The notes: generated by a model not told the origin, from the sequence alone. Shown: positions 43,599 through 59,304, numbered from the stretch's first letter. The stretch: DNA of 64,000 nt from the human T2T-CHM13v2.0 reference genome, Homo sapiens (GCF_009914755.1 NC_060933.1), one strand, 5' to 3'. Numbers and translations are program-made.

Positions 43599-44897
43599 TG
43601 ACCTTGAGGTCACAGACGTAAAAGATTAAATTATAGGAAATACTTTGGAGTGACATATTGTCACCATTCTTTCAAGGCCAACTTTTATAGGCATATGCAT
43701 CCACTCTTACTGCTGTAGTATTTGGATAGCTCTCTATACCCTCAAACTATAAGCCACTGATATGTATAGAATAAACATAAATAGTCTCACTTTATAAGAT
43801 ACTTTCCCTATAAAACAGACTCAGTTCTCTCTTTATATGAAAAGATTACCATGTGGTTTTTTGTTGTGTTGTGTTGTATTTAACAGTCACCAACTGCTGG
43901 CTGTAGTCGGCCATGTGGCTGTGAAAAGGGAGCTCACACCTTGGGCGCTGGCAACTCGGTTGGTTTGGGAGGAAGAGGTTGTTCTCACAGTGGGGAGGTT
44001 TCAGCACAGCCACCTGCTGAGGCCACAGAGAACCTAGATATGTGTCCTGTACCCTGGCCAGCTGCCCTGAGCTGTGGGGTGCTGTGCATGGCCAAGCACC
44101 GCTAGAAAAGACACTTATTCTGAATTTCACTCCTCCCATGCCATCGTTCAGCTTTCAAGTCTTGGGTTAGCTTTTTGAGATAAGTCTCCATGGCAAGGGA
44201 CAGGAAAGCATGGCCATGTCCAGTTCTGAAGGCCATCTCAACTCTCCCTGTGGTCGTGTATCTGACTTCTTGCAACCAGGAGGAGGCATCAGAAATTTCC
44301 CCAGTACCCAGACGTCCCAAGGCAGTTGGGCACACTTGAACTCTGCCCCAAGTACAGTGCATTTGGGCACGTGGCTTAACAATTTTGGACCTCAGCTTCC
44401 TCATTTTAGAAAATGCAGGGGCCAAAGAGGCTTCCTGGGACTTCATGACTCACCCTCAGAACCTAAGATCTCATGAACCAAAGGGCTGCAGCTGTGGAGA
44501 GGGGAGAATGGGGCTGTGTGTGTGACTACGAAGCTAAACTGGGGGATTCGCACCCATTTCGTGCCTTTTCAGCCTCCACTGGGACCTCGAACTCCCCAAG
44601 TCCCACAGGTCTTCCAGGGGATCTCTCACCTCCCCATGAGTCATAAGCCTTACGTGGCATGCACTGCAGTGGGGGTGTTGTTCCCTGCCTGGCATCAGAC
44701 TCCTGTGTTTCTGTTCACCAGGACCCAGGGCAGGGGGTTGTTCTGAGGGTCGCCCAGCATTACCATGAAGACAGAGCCTTGGCTGCTCAGCACGGCCAGC
44801 ACAGCTCTGGTTTCACCTCTGTCTCTTCACCCCACAGTGGATGTCATTTTCTTCTCCTGGGGGTGTTACCCGACAATATCATCATTTGAAACTGTTT

Positions 44898-44977
44898 GAA
44901 GTCCAGCCCTGCCTCCCTTTCCTGCATTGGGAGCTTGGAAGTCCAGCCCTGCCTCCCTTTCCTGCAGTGGGAGCATG
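44898..44977. repeat. 40-bp tandem duplication (2 copies, 2 mismatches)
   Basis: gaagtccagccctgcctccctttcctgca(t/g)tgggagc(t/a)tg. Confidence 0.97.
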
Positions 44978-45519
44978 GGAGGGACTGAGGAAGGCCCGGG
45001 GGATGAGGCTTCCATAACCCTCCATCTCTGGTCCAGAAGATGGCTGGTTAAAATGCCCACCAAACACCCCCACCCACACTCCAAGCTAGGTGGTAGAGCT
45101 GTCCATCTTGGATCTAACCCAAATGCAGGCCCTGGTGAAGAAAGGTGAGTCCACAGTGCTCCACAGATAATCAGGGCCCGTGGTGCCCCTGTGCTCATCA
45201 CCCTGAGAAGCGTCACTGCTACTGAGCACCAGGCTCTCCTGACCACTGCCCAGAGCTCCTGGGCCCTGCTAGAGCTTAGCCATGGTCCATTCATCACCAA
45301 CCTGCTAGCATTTCCTTGTTGCAAGCTTGCCCACTGGCATCATCCCTGAGTGGTAAACTGGGCCTTCCTGGGTTGGGTAAAGCCCTTGACCCTGAGGCTC
45401 CAAACTCTGCCCTCCAGCTGCCTTGCCAGGTGACAGGCCCCAGAGAGCGGCTGCTGACCATTCAGGCCAGGGTGCTTCCTCCCAGGGTCCCACCTGGAGA
45501 CTGGCGGGCCTGGGGATGA

Positions 45520-45711
<192 letters not shown>

Positions 45712-47532
45712 TAGAGTACAGGGCACGTGGGGCTCCTTGTCCCATGGACTCTTAGACATGAGAGGAACTGGACCACCCACTGCCCACAGTGTGGTCCCCA
45801 GGCCAGCAGCAGCTCTGGAGCTCATGAGAAACACACACCTGGACCACACCTGGGCTCCTGCCCCACCTGCCCATCAGACCCCACTTTCAGCCTCCAGGTG
45901 GCTTCTGTGTTTGAGAAGCACTGGTCCAGAGGCCGTCATGTGAGGTGAACGAAGGTTCCATGGCTTGTTCAGGGCCACTCAGCCCTCAGTGCCACAAGGT
46001 GATGTAAGTGCAGGGCTGTGTTCAGAGTTTAACAAGACACTCTCTTTGGAGATCTAGAAAATATTTCTTCCTAGGATATTCTAACTAGAGCCCAGAACAG
46101 CCTTTCAGACAAAGACACACAAAATAAAGGAATGGATGCCTGGGGAAGGAGGCCTAGGAACAGCCAAGCAGGACTTTGTTGGTGGTGTGAGAGGCTGAAT
46201 TAGACAGCAAATGTCAGGTGCCCTCCTCATTGTAAATCGAGTCTCTCTCTGTGGAAACTAAGGCAATTTAGGAAGCATACTCCCTGGGCTCCAGGCTGCT
46301 GCTTATGCTGATTGCCACAGCCCTGGTCTAAAAAGTGCTTATTCCTGACCCAGCTACTAGAAAACCCTGAAACAACTCCCAATTTGGAAGTTCCTTAGGC
46401 ACTAATGAGCACTAAAATAATGCTCATCACTGCTTTCCCTGAATCGCAGTGAGCACAGATTGCTTGTCTTAATTTTGCATCACAGCTACACTGGCTGATG
46501 ATGAAGGAAATAACCGTAACAGTACTTCGTGCATCATCTTCGCAGAGCATCCTATAAACTGTAGTAGGTTCAGAAACAGGGAGAAAGCCAACCGACTCTG
46601 CCACCACCCCACCGCCCCAGAGCACCAGCTACCTTGAACATGTGTGGGTGAGGGGCATAATCAGGGCGTGTTCCAATGTCCTCACCCAAGCCCAGCTGGG
46701 GCCACACATGCAGTCAATGTTGAGGAAAGGACTCAACTCAAAATCCTGTCTTTTCAAAAACTGAGACTACAGAGCCTTAGCCCCTTTAAAGCACTTAAAC
46801 TTACTACTTCCAAATGTGATTTGCTTTCTAGTGCTGTAATTGGAAAAAAAAAATACTCCTTTTTTGAATGCTGGATATGATCATATTAAAAAATGTTAGT
46901 CACAACATTTACATTGTCTTTTGATTTTGTGGCTCATTGCCATTTGTCATCATTAACCACAGGCTTCTTTCTTTTAACGATATTGATTCGAAAGAGTATT
47001 TAACCTTTCTACACTCAAAGCCCCAAAGCACATCAGGGAGGTGAGTAGGGAATGTGGCCTTCTGGAATGCAAAGGCACCTGGAGTCCTCTATGCCAGCTT
47101 AATGCTCCAAGGTCCCAGGCCCCATCACTTATAAACAGCCATTCATTCACCTTCTCCTGAAAGGGCATTTTATGTGTGTGGCGTTCTGTCACCATTTCAA
47201 AGGCTGAGCACTCACCATAGTGTTAAGCATCTCTAATTATTGAGAATGTCCTTCCCAAGAATCTTTACTATTTGTATTGATTCCCCTGGTAGATCATAGC
47301 ATTCATCCCTAATTAAATATTCCTCATTGTATATTTTCTAGGCACTGTGTTTAGGAAACTACGTCAAAAATGCCAGCAATACGTTCCAATTTCCCATGCA
47401 TGATTTCATTGATTTTTCTTGACAGCGTTCTAAGGTACTTCTGTACCCTACCCAACTCCAGGGCCCCAGTGCTATTTCACGGAGAGTTGGTGATTGCCAT
47501 AATACCCTATTTCAATATTCTTTACTGTAGAC

Positions 47533-47731
47533 CAGGGATCTGCAAACCCACAGACCAACTCTGGCTCTCAGCCTGTTTCTGTGTAGTCCCTGAAGAGAAT
47601 GGTTTGTATGCTGTTAAAGGTGTTGTTTTGGATAAATAAATAAATAAACAAAGGACACAGATACGGTATGAGGCCCACAAAAGCCTAAAATACCACTTTC
47701 TGGCCCTTTACAGAAAAAATTTGCTGCCCCT
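47533..47731. mobile_element. MER58-like hAT MITE
   Basis: cagggatctgcaaac ... ggcccacaaaagcctaaaata...ctggccctttacagaaaaaatttgctgcccct. Confidence 0.75.
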
Positions 47732-47886
47732 AGCCCAAGAGGGGGGATCCCTAGCTGTGGGCCCACTTCCCCAGCCACCCTTGTGGAGTGGACTTAAGCA
47801 CATAAAAGCATTTATGTGTCTTGGGGCCACTTCGAAAGCCCAACAGTCAGTCAGTAGCTCTCAGTCACTATTTGTCTATTTCCTGA

Positions 47887-48036
<150 letters not shown>

Positions 48037-48384
48037 TGAGGTATCAGTGACAATCAGCCTCATTTTAGACTTAGCTGATTGCAGATTTGGGTTGGATGAG
48101 GACTTCTTTTTACGGGTTGATTAATAATGATATCAGAGCACTCCGATTTTGTATATCGTGAATCAAAAAATAGCCAGTTGCTTTAACTTTAAAAAAATTG
48201 TAATTTATTTGTCTTCATTGCATGCGGGAAAAAGTAAAAGAGGGTCGAAAGAAGTACCTGCAGAAAGCGTGCTCACTTCTCAAGCAGCAGCACATCCTGA
48301 TCTCATTGATTGATCTGCAGTGGGGAGGGGAAGGAAGTGGTTTCCTCAGATAGAGCAGTAATTGTCCATGCTCTCTCTAACCAG

Positions 48385-48434
48385 GAAATGTTAATTTTGG
48401 AGGCCGTCCACAACTTCCAGGTTCCCATCCTGCG
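48385..48434 (+). CDS. SYK: SYK exon 6 (50 nt): interdomain B
   Basis: Acceptor ctctctctaaccag|GA; (G)NVNFGGRPQLPGSHPA; donor GCG|gtaagt, phase 0. Confidence 0.97.
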
Positions 48435-48631
48435 GTAAGTGTCACTAGGAATACCACTGAATGAGAAGCTGTTGCATATTTCACAAATGAAAAGCATGTT
48501 TTAGCTAACAGGAGTAGTAGGCATTGATATTTTGATTGCGCTTCAAAACATACTCCGTGATGAGCTGGGATTGCTAGTGAGTGTTAGGCAGAATCAGCCT
48601 CCTATTAGTGATAAACTAACCACATTTTCTT

Positions 48632-48945
<314 letters not shown>

Positions 48946-49117
48946 TAGCCACATTTTCTTAACTTCTTGTCTAGATGAAATTCTCTTCATTTTTGGAGAA
49001 TATACACAATGCGAATGAAACCCAATATTAAATCAGAAGTAGGCCTCTTGCAATATTTGAGAAATGGGAACATATTTTTTAACTTCATCCTTGAGCCGTC
49101 TATGTTAACACACGTAA

Positions 49118-49539
<422 letters not shown>

Positions 49540-50471
49540 CATATGGACTTTTTATGCCCTTTAATGCCATCTGTGAAGTGCGCCCTCTGCACCTCACTTT
49601 TTGCCTGGTAACCCTTGAAAAACAAAATCTGCAGAAAGCCAAATATACATCCTGCCTCCAGTAGGGACAATTGGCTGCCCAGTAGCTGAGCCCAGGTTGA
49701 AACAGGGGAGGCTGTCCAGGGGCAGCACTTGTTATCAAATGCAGGGAACGTGAATTTGCTAAAATACCAGTGACCTTTGGGATCAAAATGTAATGCCTTT
49801 ATGGAAGTGTGACTTTATTTTGCCCTTTACAGGGCTCACAGGCCTGGCAACTCTATCTTAATATTATAGGCTCGGTGAGACAGATCCATACACCCTTCAG
49901 ATGGATGAGGGCTTAGGGCTGAGAACTCTTAAAAGAATGTCAAGCCCTGTGCTTAGCCATCATCACCCAATGACTACAAGAAGTTAGATATTTTGGAATA
50001 ACTTTTTAATTGACTGGTAAGATACATACGGGAAAAAAAAGGCATACGCCCTATGTGTACAACTCAATTAATTTCCACAAAATTTTCCACCGTGGAACCA
50101 GCACCCACCATGAAGAAGCAACACAACTGAGCACTCAGATCTACTTGTAGTTTCTTTCGGTGGTTTGTCTTGAGCTTACAACTTAATAATTCCACGTGAA
50201 GCATGAGCTAGTGAATGTAACAGCTCTAATTTTGTAGCCTTCAGTGGAACATATTTCCCAAATATATTTCTAGATCCTTCTTCCCAAGTGGCAGGCCCTT
50301 CCAGAAGCCTTCCCAATGATCAGGTGTTGCCCGTGGTCGATCTCATTGGCAGGGACAGGAGGGGGTTAGTGGTGCGATTATAGAAGCAAATTTAAGTAGC
50401 ATGTCATGGAAGGGATCCTGTATTTGTTTTCTGAAACATTTACTGTTCCTCTTTGCCGTTGTGGTTTCTAG

Positions 50472-50834
<363 letters not shown>

Positions 50835-51689
50835 TAATTATCATGTCGGAAAATCTTTTCAAAGATGGCCCACTTACTTTTTGGTGGCCAGACTCACGTG
50901 TTGCAGTGTTCTGGTAATTGATTATGTAAGTTACGTTGTGATGGAGGGAACACCAAGGTTTTGTGAGGCGCGCTGCACAGTGAGGTCAGGCAGTGCATGG
51001 TAACTTCATTATGGCTTAGACGTCTAACATAGAACTGCAAATGTGACATGTAAAGAAGAGGTGTAATCTGAGGTCTAGAAAAACCAGTTTTCTTTTTGAG
51101 GCAGTAATGTTGACATCTCATTGATTTCCATGTTTTGTTCTATTATTGGATTTTGAGGGAAAATAAAAATAAGTTCTTTTTCATGACTTTTATTTATAAT
51201 GACTTATTTATTCCTTCCCCCAAAATATGTATATATAATGTGTTTGAATTGCTTTTTTTCCATTCTACTTTTATTATCAGTGGGGTAAAATTGGTTCTTT
51301 TATCAGTAATTCTTTTTATTTTCATATTACTTGGTGTTTTTACCGACATTTTAGCATATAATTGAGCATCCACTCATGAAATAGATTGCCTAAAGTATTT
51401 ACTAGAAACAACAGAAATAAAAGACATAAAACCCTTGAGATTTTATTTAGTAATAATTTTCCAAGTTTACTCATACTCAAGAAGTTCTCAATCGTGTTGA
51501 CCATAGAACAGAAAGATTTAATGCAGTGTTCGAGAGGAAGAAAAGGTTTATTTTACACTTGAATAAAGTAACTATGTCTGTTTTTCATGTTTACCCAAGG
51601 CAAAACACCCCCACAGATTACTCACAGTGGCTAAAGAAATACCTAGAAAATAAGTTTTGGTGCATCTTTAGACTACAGGAGAACATGTC

Positions 51690-52550
51690 AGAAAAAAGTT
51701 GAAGAAAATATCAGTGACCACCTAAAAATAAAGAAGTATATGTGTAGATAACAACCATAACATCATCAAAAGAGAAATGAGAAACTGGGAGTAAGTAGCA
51801 CTAATGCTGACACATAGATTAATAGCTTTAGTATACAAAGAGATTCTAAAAATAATTAACAAAAATATTAACTGTCTACTAGGATAATTGGCAGGGAATA
51901 TCAGTAGTAGTTTATAGTAAAGCAAATATAAATAGTTCTTAAACATATGAAATGTTGTTTAACTTCATGAGAAGAGAAATGCAAGTTAAAACTATGGTGC
52001 TTAACTGTGTCCACCTATGATCCAAATTTTAAAAGCTTGATAACACTGTAGTAAAGGCATGGTAGATAAGCACTTTCACTCTTCCTTGGGGAAGTCTGAA
52101 ATGATGCAATCTGTAAGAAAGGCTCTGCAATTTTATTTCTAAGTATGTACAGATATTCTTGCATTTGTGTGAAATCATGTACATGTGAAGGTGTTTTTTC
52201 CAAAATTGTATAATTGACAAAGTCTGATAATAATTTAAATGCCTATCAATGGAAAACAAATGAAATTGGTTACAGTAAAATTGCTACTATGGGAGGCAGC
52301 TGAGATCTAGAATTGTTTTCAAAATATAATTTTAAGTGTAAAAGTCAATGTCCTGCAACACACACATACACATACATATATGCAGAATGTGTTGATATCG
52401 TATACAGTATCCTAGAAAAATACAGAAAATGCTGGCAATGCTGGTTGCCTCTGGAGTAAGAGATGGGAATGTTAAGAAATCCCACTTTTCATTGTAAACT
52501 CTGTTGTATCTTTTTAAATTTGAACCTGTTAAGAAATTTTAATCAATTTT
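51690..52550 (+). mobile_element. Ancient L1 (L1ME-like) 3' region
   Basis: aaacatatgaaatgttg...agagaaatgcaagttaaaacta...aaatgcctatcaatgg. Confidence 0.65.
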
Positions 52551-53167
52551 TTTAAAACAGAAAATTAAATAGTAGAGAGTAATTAATCTGATTAATATTG
52601 TGAAAATACCTTTCTGGCAAAAAAAAAAGTTTGCTTTCTATTTAAGTTTAGAAGAACTTTAAAGTATACATTGAATTTTTTATAGAAATAAGAAACTGGA
52701 AATAAATATTACTAATGATGACACATATATAAGGCCAAAAATATCAACAGATAATTTTTAAAAGATCAAGGTTGTAAGGTTTAAGCTATAGATTAAAAAT
52801 ATTTTAATTGCTTATCAGAAATATTTTAGAGCTAATATGTATATTTTCACAAACAAATGGGGAACTTTCCATTATGTAATCAGTCATGAGAAAAGAATTG
52901 TGAGAATTATGTCAAATGTCCCATCATGTTAGCTAAGAGATAAATAACTTTCTTGAACTTGTTAATTTGCTCAGTGTACATAGTTGTTTTAATAATTCAG
53001 GCACAAAAAATACATGTTAGAACTTGAACTACCTATAGCATCTAGATAGTTAATGAAAAGTATGTTTAGATTTGAAGATGATTATGAATCAGATAATTTA
53101 AATTTTCCATAAAATTACTAACAGGCTGATGCATTTTAAACTTGTCTTTAGAAATTAGTAGCTTACT

Positions 53168-53468
53168 GCCAAGCACAGTGGCTCATGCCTATAATCCCAG
53201 CACTTTGGGAGGCCGAGGCAGGTGGATCACTTGAGGTCAGGAGTTCAAGACTAGCCTGGCCAATATGGTGAAAACTCATCTCTATTAAAAATACAAAAAT
53301 TAGCCAGGCGTGGTGGCACACGCCTATAATCCCAGCTACTCAGGAGGCTGAAGCAGGAAAATCACTTAAGCCTGGGAGGTGGAGATTGCAGAGATCGTGC
53401 CATTGCCCTCCAGCCTGGGAGACAGAGCAAGACTCTGTCTCAAAAACAAAAAAAGAAAAGAAAAGAAA
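53168..53468 (+). mobile_element. AluS in intron 7
   Basis: Sense dimer with (GAAAA)n tail; TSD agaaattagta(g/a)c(t/a)tact. Confidence 0.95.
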
Positions 53469-54554
53469 AGAAATTAGTAACATACTTATAAAGTATAAAC
53501 AAAATTAACTTAAGAATACAACTAGTAGTCTTTAAATGAATTAAACCCCTCCCAATATTAGTCCTGGAATTTCTTTCTCTGCTGCTTTAAGCACAGAACC
53601 TTATCCTTCTTTTATGGAAAATAGGTGGAAATTAAACAGCAACATCTCTAAAAAGACTTCCAGGGAACTTTTCAGCTTTGCATTTCAAAGGCACATCCCC
53701 TAAGAGGATTAAACTGAAATGTGTCCCAGAATTTCCAATTAAAACCCATTTTTCATGTTTTATTCCAACACATACATTGGTGATTATAATATTTTAAAAC
53801 TTACATTTAAGTACAGGGCTCAGTGGGAAGAGAAAAAAGAAAGAAACATCCTCAAGTTGTACCCTGTTGCTTGGTAATGCCTTAGTAGACCAGACCCTTG
53901 AGAAAATGTGTTTTCATATAATTATAAAGGAACAGATTTTAGATCTTCACTGTAAGAGAACAGTAATTGCAGAGGTCAAGTGTTATTTTCATGGATCTCA
54001 GAGCAAAGCTAATAGTAGCCTATTCCCCAGCCAACAGTCTGCCCTCGCCTGTGGGGGTCTACTGAACCAGGGTAATTCCACCAAAAAAAGGAAACCAAAC
54101 CTAGTTTATTGCAGCCAATATTTCTAAAGCCAGCTGGCTCTTTTGTCACTATTATTGTGATGACTAATGACTGTATTGTCATCTGCATTACTGCTGTTGC
54201 CTAATCTGAAAATGGCCCAAGAATCTGGGAGTAAAAATTAAGATCTAGTAAATGGATGTTAGGACACTTGGCAATACTCTGGAATCAGGAAACTCTGAAT
54301 GGACCTATCAGTTCCACAGACCAATAATTTTTTCCTCTTTTGTTCACTTTTGGATCACCAGCTTTTAAACATAGGCACTCAAAGAATGCTTGTCAAATAC
54401 ATTTTCTATTCGCAGTTAAACCTTACCAATAGGAAATCAGGGATAATAATTTATAACTGGACTTATTATTGCAGAGTGATATCCTTACCTGAATTTATAA
54501 AATTTAAAGAAAAGTCACCAGTTGTTCTTTTGGAAGGTAGAAAGCGAAGGTGGC

Positions 54555-54573
54555 TAATGCCATCTAGCGGTGG
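54555..54573 (-). promoter_or_regulatory. Candidate CTCF motif
   Basis: Minus strand ccaCCGCTAGATGGCAtta fits the core CCRSYAGRKGGCR; motif match only. Confidence 0.5.
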
Positions 54574-56094
54574 ACTGAAGGTTTGAGCCTGTTCTGAGTA
54601 TTAGCAAAAATGAAGAAAGTGGAATGGTCAACATTTCATTTACACCTTGTTGCTCACTGTGCAGAACAGATGACACTTATTGATTGGGACAGAATGGCTC
54701 TCTCAAATGCAAACATAAAGAGTAAAAGGTTAATAGTAATGTAGACCGGAAATATATTTTTTATTAAAATTAAATGTCATTACATTTTTTAAGAATAGTA
54801 TTTTTACAATTTATCATTATGCCACTGTGCTCATTCTTTACAAACTCCTCAAATTTTTCTTTTTAACTGAGCATTTTCTTTTAGAGATTGTTTTGGTTAT
54901 TGTTCTACTAAGTGGCATATTCACCAAGTGCTTTGGGAAAGATGAAGCATGGATTTTGCATCTTCATCTTTATCATAAAGTAACTACTGTTCTTTTAACT
55001 GACTCAATAGGAAACCTCCCATTTCTTCCACATTCTTCCAGTTGTGGCATCATTCTTTGCTCCAGTCCTGTTAGTCACCAGAAAGAGATAGGGGCAGGGA
55101 GCCCAGGGATCTGGGTAGGAGAGAGTTGATGTGGGGTTGTTGAGAGACATGAGGGTTCTTTGTGGCTTGGCTTAAAAGGCTTATAATCACATAGTGGTCT
55201 GTGTTGGGCAGCATGGAAATGAAGCCCCAAGCTTTATTGGCTATAAACGTGGAGTTCTAATTTCCGAGGAAGATCTCCCATCTGTTTCCCTATCCATAAG
55301 CCAAGATAGACTAGGGGTGAACAACACACTGCTAGTGAGAGTATAAATTATTTGTGCCCAGGGGTTTAGATTCTCTGTGTCCATCGCTACTAATTCTTAC
55401 TCATTCCTGACACCCTAGTATCCCTTTCAGCATATTTTGACAACCCCATCTCTGTTTTAAAATTCTTCCCTACAGGATTCATATGTCAGGGAATTGCGTT
55501 CTGGTTTAATTGGAACAAGCCATTTGGAAGTCCTCCTGGTCTGGAGAACATTCTGTGAGGTAGAGAGGCTGCAACCCCAGGATAATGTCCTCAGTGGGAG
55601 GGACAGGAGGTCTTATGTCAAGAAGAGGTGATGGTCCCTCTCCTCACCAGTGATGGCTAGTCCGAGGACATCCTTTAATTCCACATCTGTTCAAGTTTTG
55701 TCTTTGGATCTCAGAATGTGCCTGCCTGCAGGGAAAATCAAAGGAGTTGAAATGACAGTAAATATTAACCTTGAAAGAGACTTTAAAAAAAATAAAACTA
55801 TTTTCAGCCTAGAATTGGTTGCGGGAGAAAACTGGGCAAAAGAGGAGGACAGAAAGCCTAGGGGATCACCCAGTTTCTGTCAGGACAGTTTTCCAGAGGC
55901 AGGATAATTATATTATAAATCAGAAGTGAAACCACAGCACAGTCCTGTAATCATATGTAAATGTTTAAAAGAAATAGATTGTCATTTGGAATTATTCATT
56001 CTTATTTCTCTTCATCAGCATAAAGGCTTGAGAGAGAGCTAATTTTTAAAGCACATTAGATTATACTTCACATCTCCTAGTTTTTAGAAGTGAT

Positions 56095-56225
56095 TTTCAT
56101 TCATTCACCCATCCATTCATTCATGTGTTTGTTCAACACATTTTTATTGAGCGTCCTTGTGGACGTGGCACAGTTCCGAGTGCAGTGAATAAATGTCTCC
56201 CCCTCCTTGAGCTTATATTCTATTT
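56095..56225 (-). mobile_element. L2 3' end
   Basis: (ttca)n followed by ttcaacacatttttattgagcgtcct...ggcacagtt...gagcttatattcta. Confidence 0.7.
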
Positions 56226-57544
56226 TTATTTTTGATGTGTCATAGTTACTTCTGTTAATCAGTTCAGTAGAAGTGCTGAGATACTCTGTGACAAAACAGA
56301 TCCCATCGACATCATTTTTACAAATAAGACCAGATGTCCTTTAGCCTTGTCAACAGGCTTGGGCCATGGTGAACAATGTCTGCCTCTGAAGTGCTCAGCA
56401 GACCGTGTGAAAGAAGAAGGTCCGGGTGTTTGGAAACAATGGCTGAGTGGCGGTAGTGGTGCATTGTGACCTCATTATTCTGCTTTTGGTTTCTCGCCTT
56501 GTAATATGAATAAGGCACATGAGGATTTAGTGTGTGTCATAAGATAAGTGACTGTCACGTTAAGCTTAATGTCTCTGTTTCTGTAACTTTCTCCATAATC
56601 TGGCAGTATCTCATTTCTTCGTGGCCAGTGTTTGGGCACTGAAAAGGTCAATCAATACATAGAATTGTGACTCAACTCACGCTGAAAAAAAAAAAAAAGC
56701 ATCTGAATCATGGTTCTCCTGTGAATTAAATTTAGTAGCAAGAATCTTGTTTTAATTTGGAAGAAAGGGTGGGTCAGGAAAACTCAAGATAGAGACTTTC
56801 AAAAGGGAAAGTCCTTAGGATAATGAGTAGATTTCCCCCCCCAGTTGTTTCATGATATAAACTGATGTGGACCAAATAAATACCTGTCTCACAGGGGTAC
56901 TGATTTCCAGCATTAGCTGTGGCAGCTGGAGCATTGCTGGCCTAGGTGGCAGCAACTGGCCTTCCCTTGGGACCTGTAGTTACTGACCAGTGCCACCCTC
57001 TGCCATCCACCCCAATGCTGCTGCATCTCCACCGAAGATAAAGACTTGGGTGGAGACTTGGAAAACATATGTGCGTTGGAGTTGGGAAGTAGGTAGGAGC
57101 AGCTGATGAGTACTAATTTTCCTCTTTAAATAATGTCCATGTAATATGAAATTGAAGAGCACAAGTTAAAGAAGGAAAATGCTTCCAAGGCGAACATGCA
57201 AATCATCAGCGATCTTTGGTAGGTGGGAATAGGATGTGCAAGGGGGTGAGTGGGGAAGCAGCTCTATCCAGGCCAGTAGAGTTGACTCTCACCACACCCT
57301 CTGAACACCTCACAGAGTCCCTTGAGTTGTAGCAGCACAAGCTTGCTTTAGCCCTTGCAAGATCCAAATAATTGCCCGAAGAATGAGATCAGCCTTATTT
57401 TCTTCCCTGTTTTTCGTAATTCTTTCCTTTGTCTTTCCTGCAAAAGTTAAACTGTGATTATTGGAAAATAAAAATAATTATGCAGATCAGCTTAACAGTT
57501 TTGTGGATGAAGAAAAACAACCTGTTGTCCTTTATGTACTTTAG

Positions 57545-57727
<183 letters not shown>

Positions 57728-57960
57728 TGATTGCAATACAGCCACAGTTAGCCATGGAAACACTCACATCTAGTGGCAGGCAGCAGGCACCACATGCCCA
57801 TGAGCAGTGATGGTGCTATTGAATGAAATGGTCTTTCCCACCTCCCTCACCCAACGACGTTGGAAATGTCCCTGCCACTCTTCAGAATTTCTCATCCCTT
57901 GCAACATTGATGCTACTCTGAGTTCATATTCCCATGAAGATCATGTTCTTGGAAGGATGA

Positions 57961-58191
<231 letters not shown>

Positions 58192-58342
58192 TAAGTTGCT
58201 ATGTTCCACCAGCCTCACCCTCACATGAGCTCAGGTTCTAGACATGACTGAGAATAACAAAATGTAACCTGGCATGACTAAACCCTTTTTTTATTAATGC
58301 TACCATTCTTGTTAATTTCTGGTACTATTATAATGAAAGCTT

Positions 58343-58390
58343 CCATTACCTTTAATGGCAAAAACTGCAATTACTTTTGCACCAACCTAA
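58343..58390. mobile_element. Half MADE1 (Hsmar1 MITE)
   Basis: aatggcaaaaactgcaattacttttgcaccaacctaa-TA is one Hsmar1 TIR; the partner TIR is missing. Confidence 0.85.
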
Positions 58391-58458
58391 TAGTACATGC
58401 ACCTTATGGAAAATTAGGAAATAGAAACAAGCAGAAACATAAGAAAATAAAAACATCA

Positions 58459-58772
58459 AATTGGCATGGTGGCTCATGCCTGTAATCTTAGCAATTTGGG
58501 AGGCTGGGATAGGAGGATTGTTTGAGGCCTGGAGCTTGAGACCAGCCTGGGCAACATAGCAAGACCCTGTCTCTACAAAAAAAATAAATAAATAAATAAA
58601 TAAATAAAACATAAAAAATTAGCCAGACATAGTAGTGCACACATATACTTCCAGCTGCTCAAGAGGCCAAGAAGCCAAGGCTGCAGTGAGCCATGATTGC
58701 ACCACTGCACTCTAGCCTGGGTAACAAAGCAAGGCCCTGTTTCAAAAAACAAAACAAAAAAAAGAAAAGAAG
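58459..58772 (+). mobile_element. AluJ with (TAAA)n linker and right-arm deletion
   Basis: ggaggattgtttgaggcc, gcctgggcaacatagcaagaccc, gctgcagtgagccatgattg. Confidence 0.9.
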
Positions 58773-58800
58773 AACATCATATTTGTATAATACCATCCCA

Positions 58801-58840
58801 ACACTACTACTGTTAACTAAACATTACTACTGTTAACTTA
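58801..58840. repeat. 20-bp tandem duplication
   Basis: acactactactgttaactaa / acattactactgttaactta. Confidence 0.9.
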
Positions 58841-59304
58841 ATCTTATTGTATATATTTTTAGATCTTTATTTGTACACACAGATATTATTTAATTAAAAC
58901 AAAATCATTCCATTATAACAATAGTTTTTACATTTATTTTCTTTAATTTTATAGTTACATCTCATTTTTCTTACATGAAAATTATTGATTCCAAATATGA
59001 TTAGTATAATTATTTATTGGCTTTATCCTATGATTTCAGATAACAATACATATTATACAACAGTTAAAATTGCTAAATTTCGAAAATATCTTTGTATTTC
59101 TTTTGGTCTTTAGAAGGTACCCAACATAGAATGTACAAGTAAAACTACTGGTTTCTAAAGTCCTTTGAAATACACCCTCTGTTTGAATTGGTATGATACT
59201 AATATGAATGTGGTTAGATTTAGTAGCTTCATGGTATTTCAAATGTAAGGGATTTTTGTAAAAAAAAAATTCGTGAGTAGGTAATTTTTATGATTCAAGG
59301 GTTA

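Noticed and set aside
58343-58390. Possible miR-548-type MADE1 hairpin
   Set aside because: Only one TIR is present, so the long hairpin cannot form.
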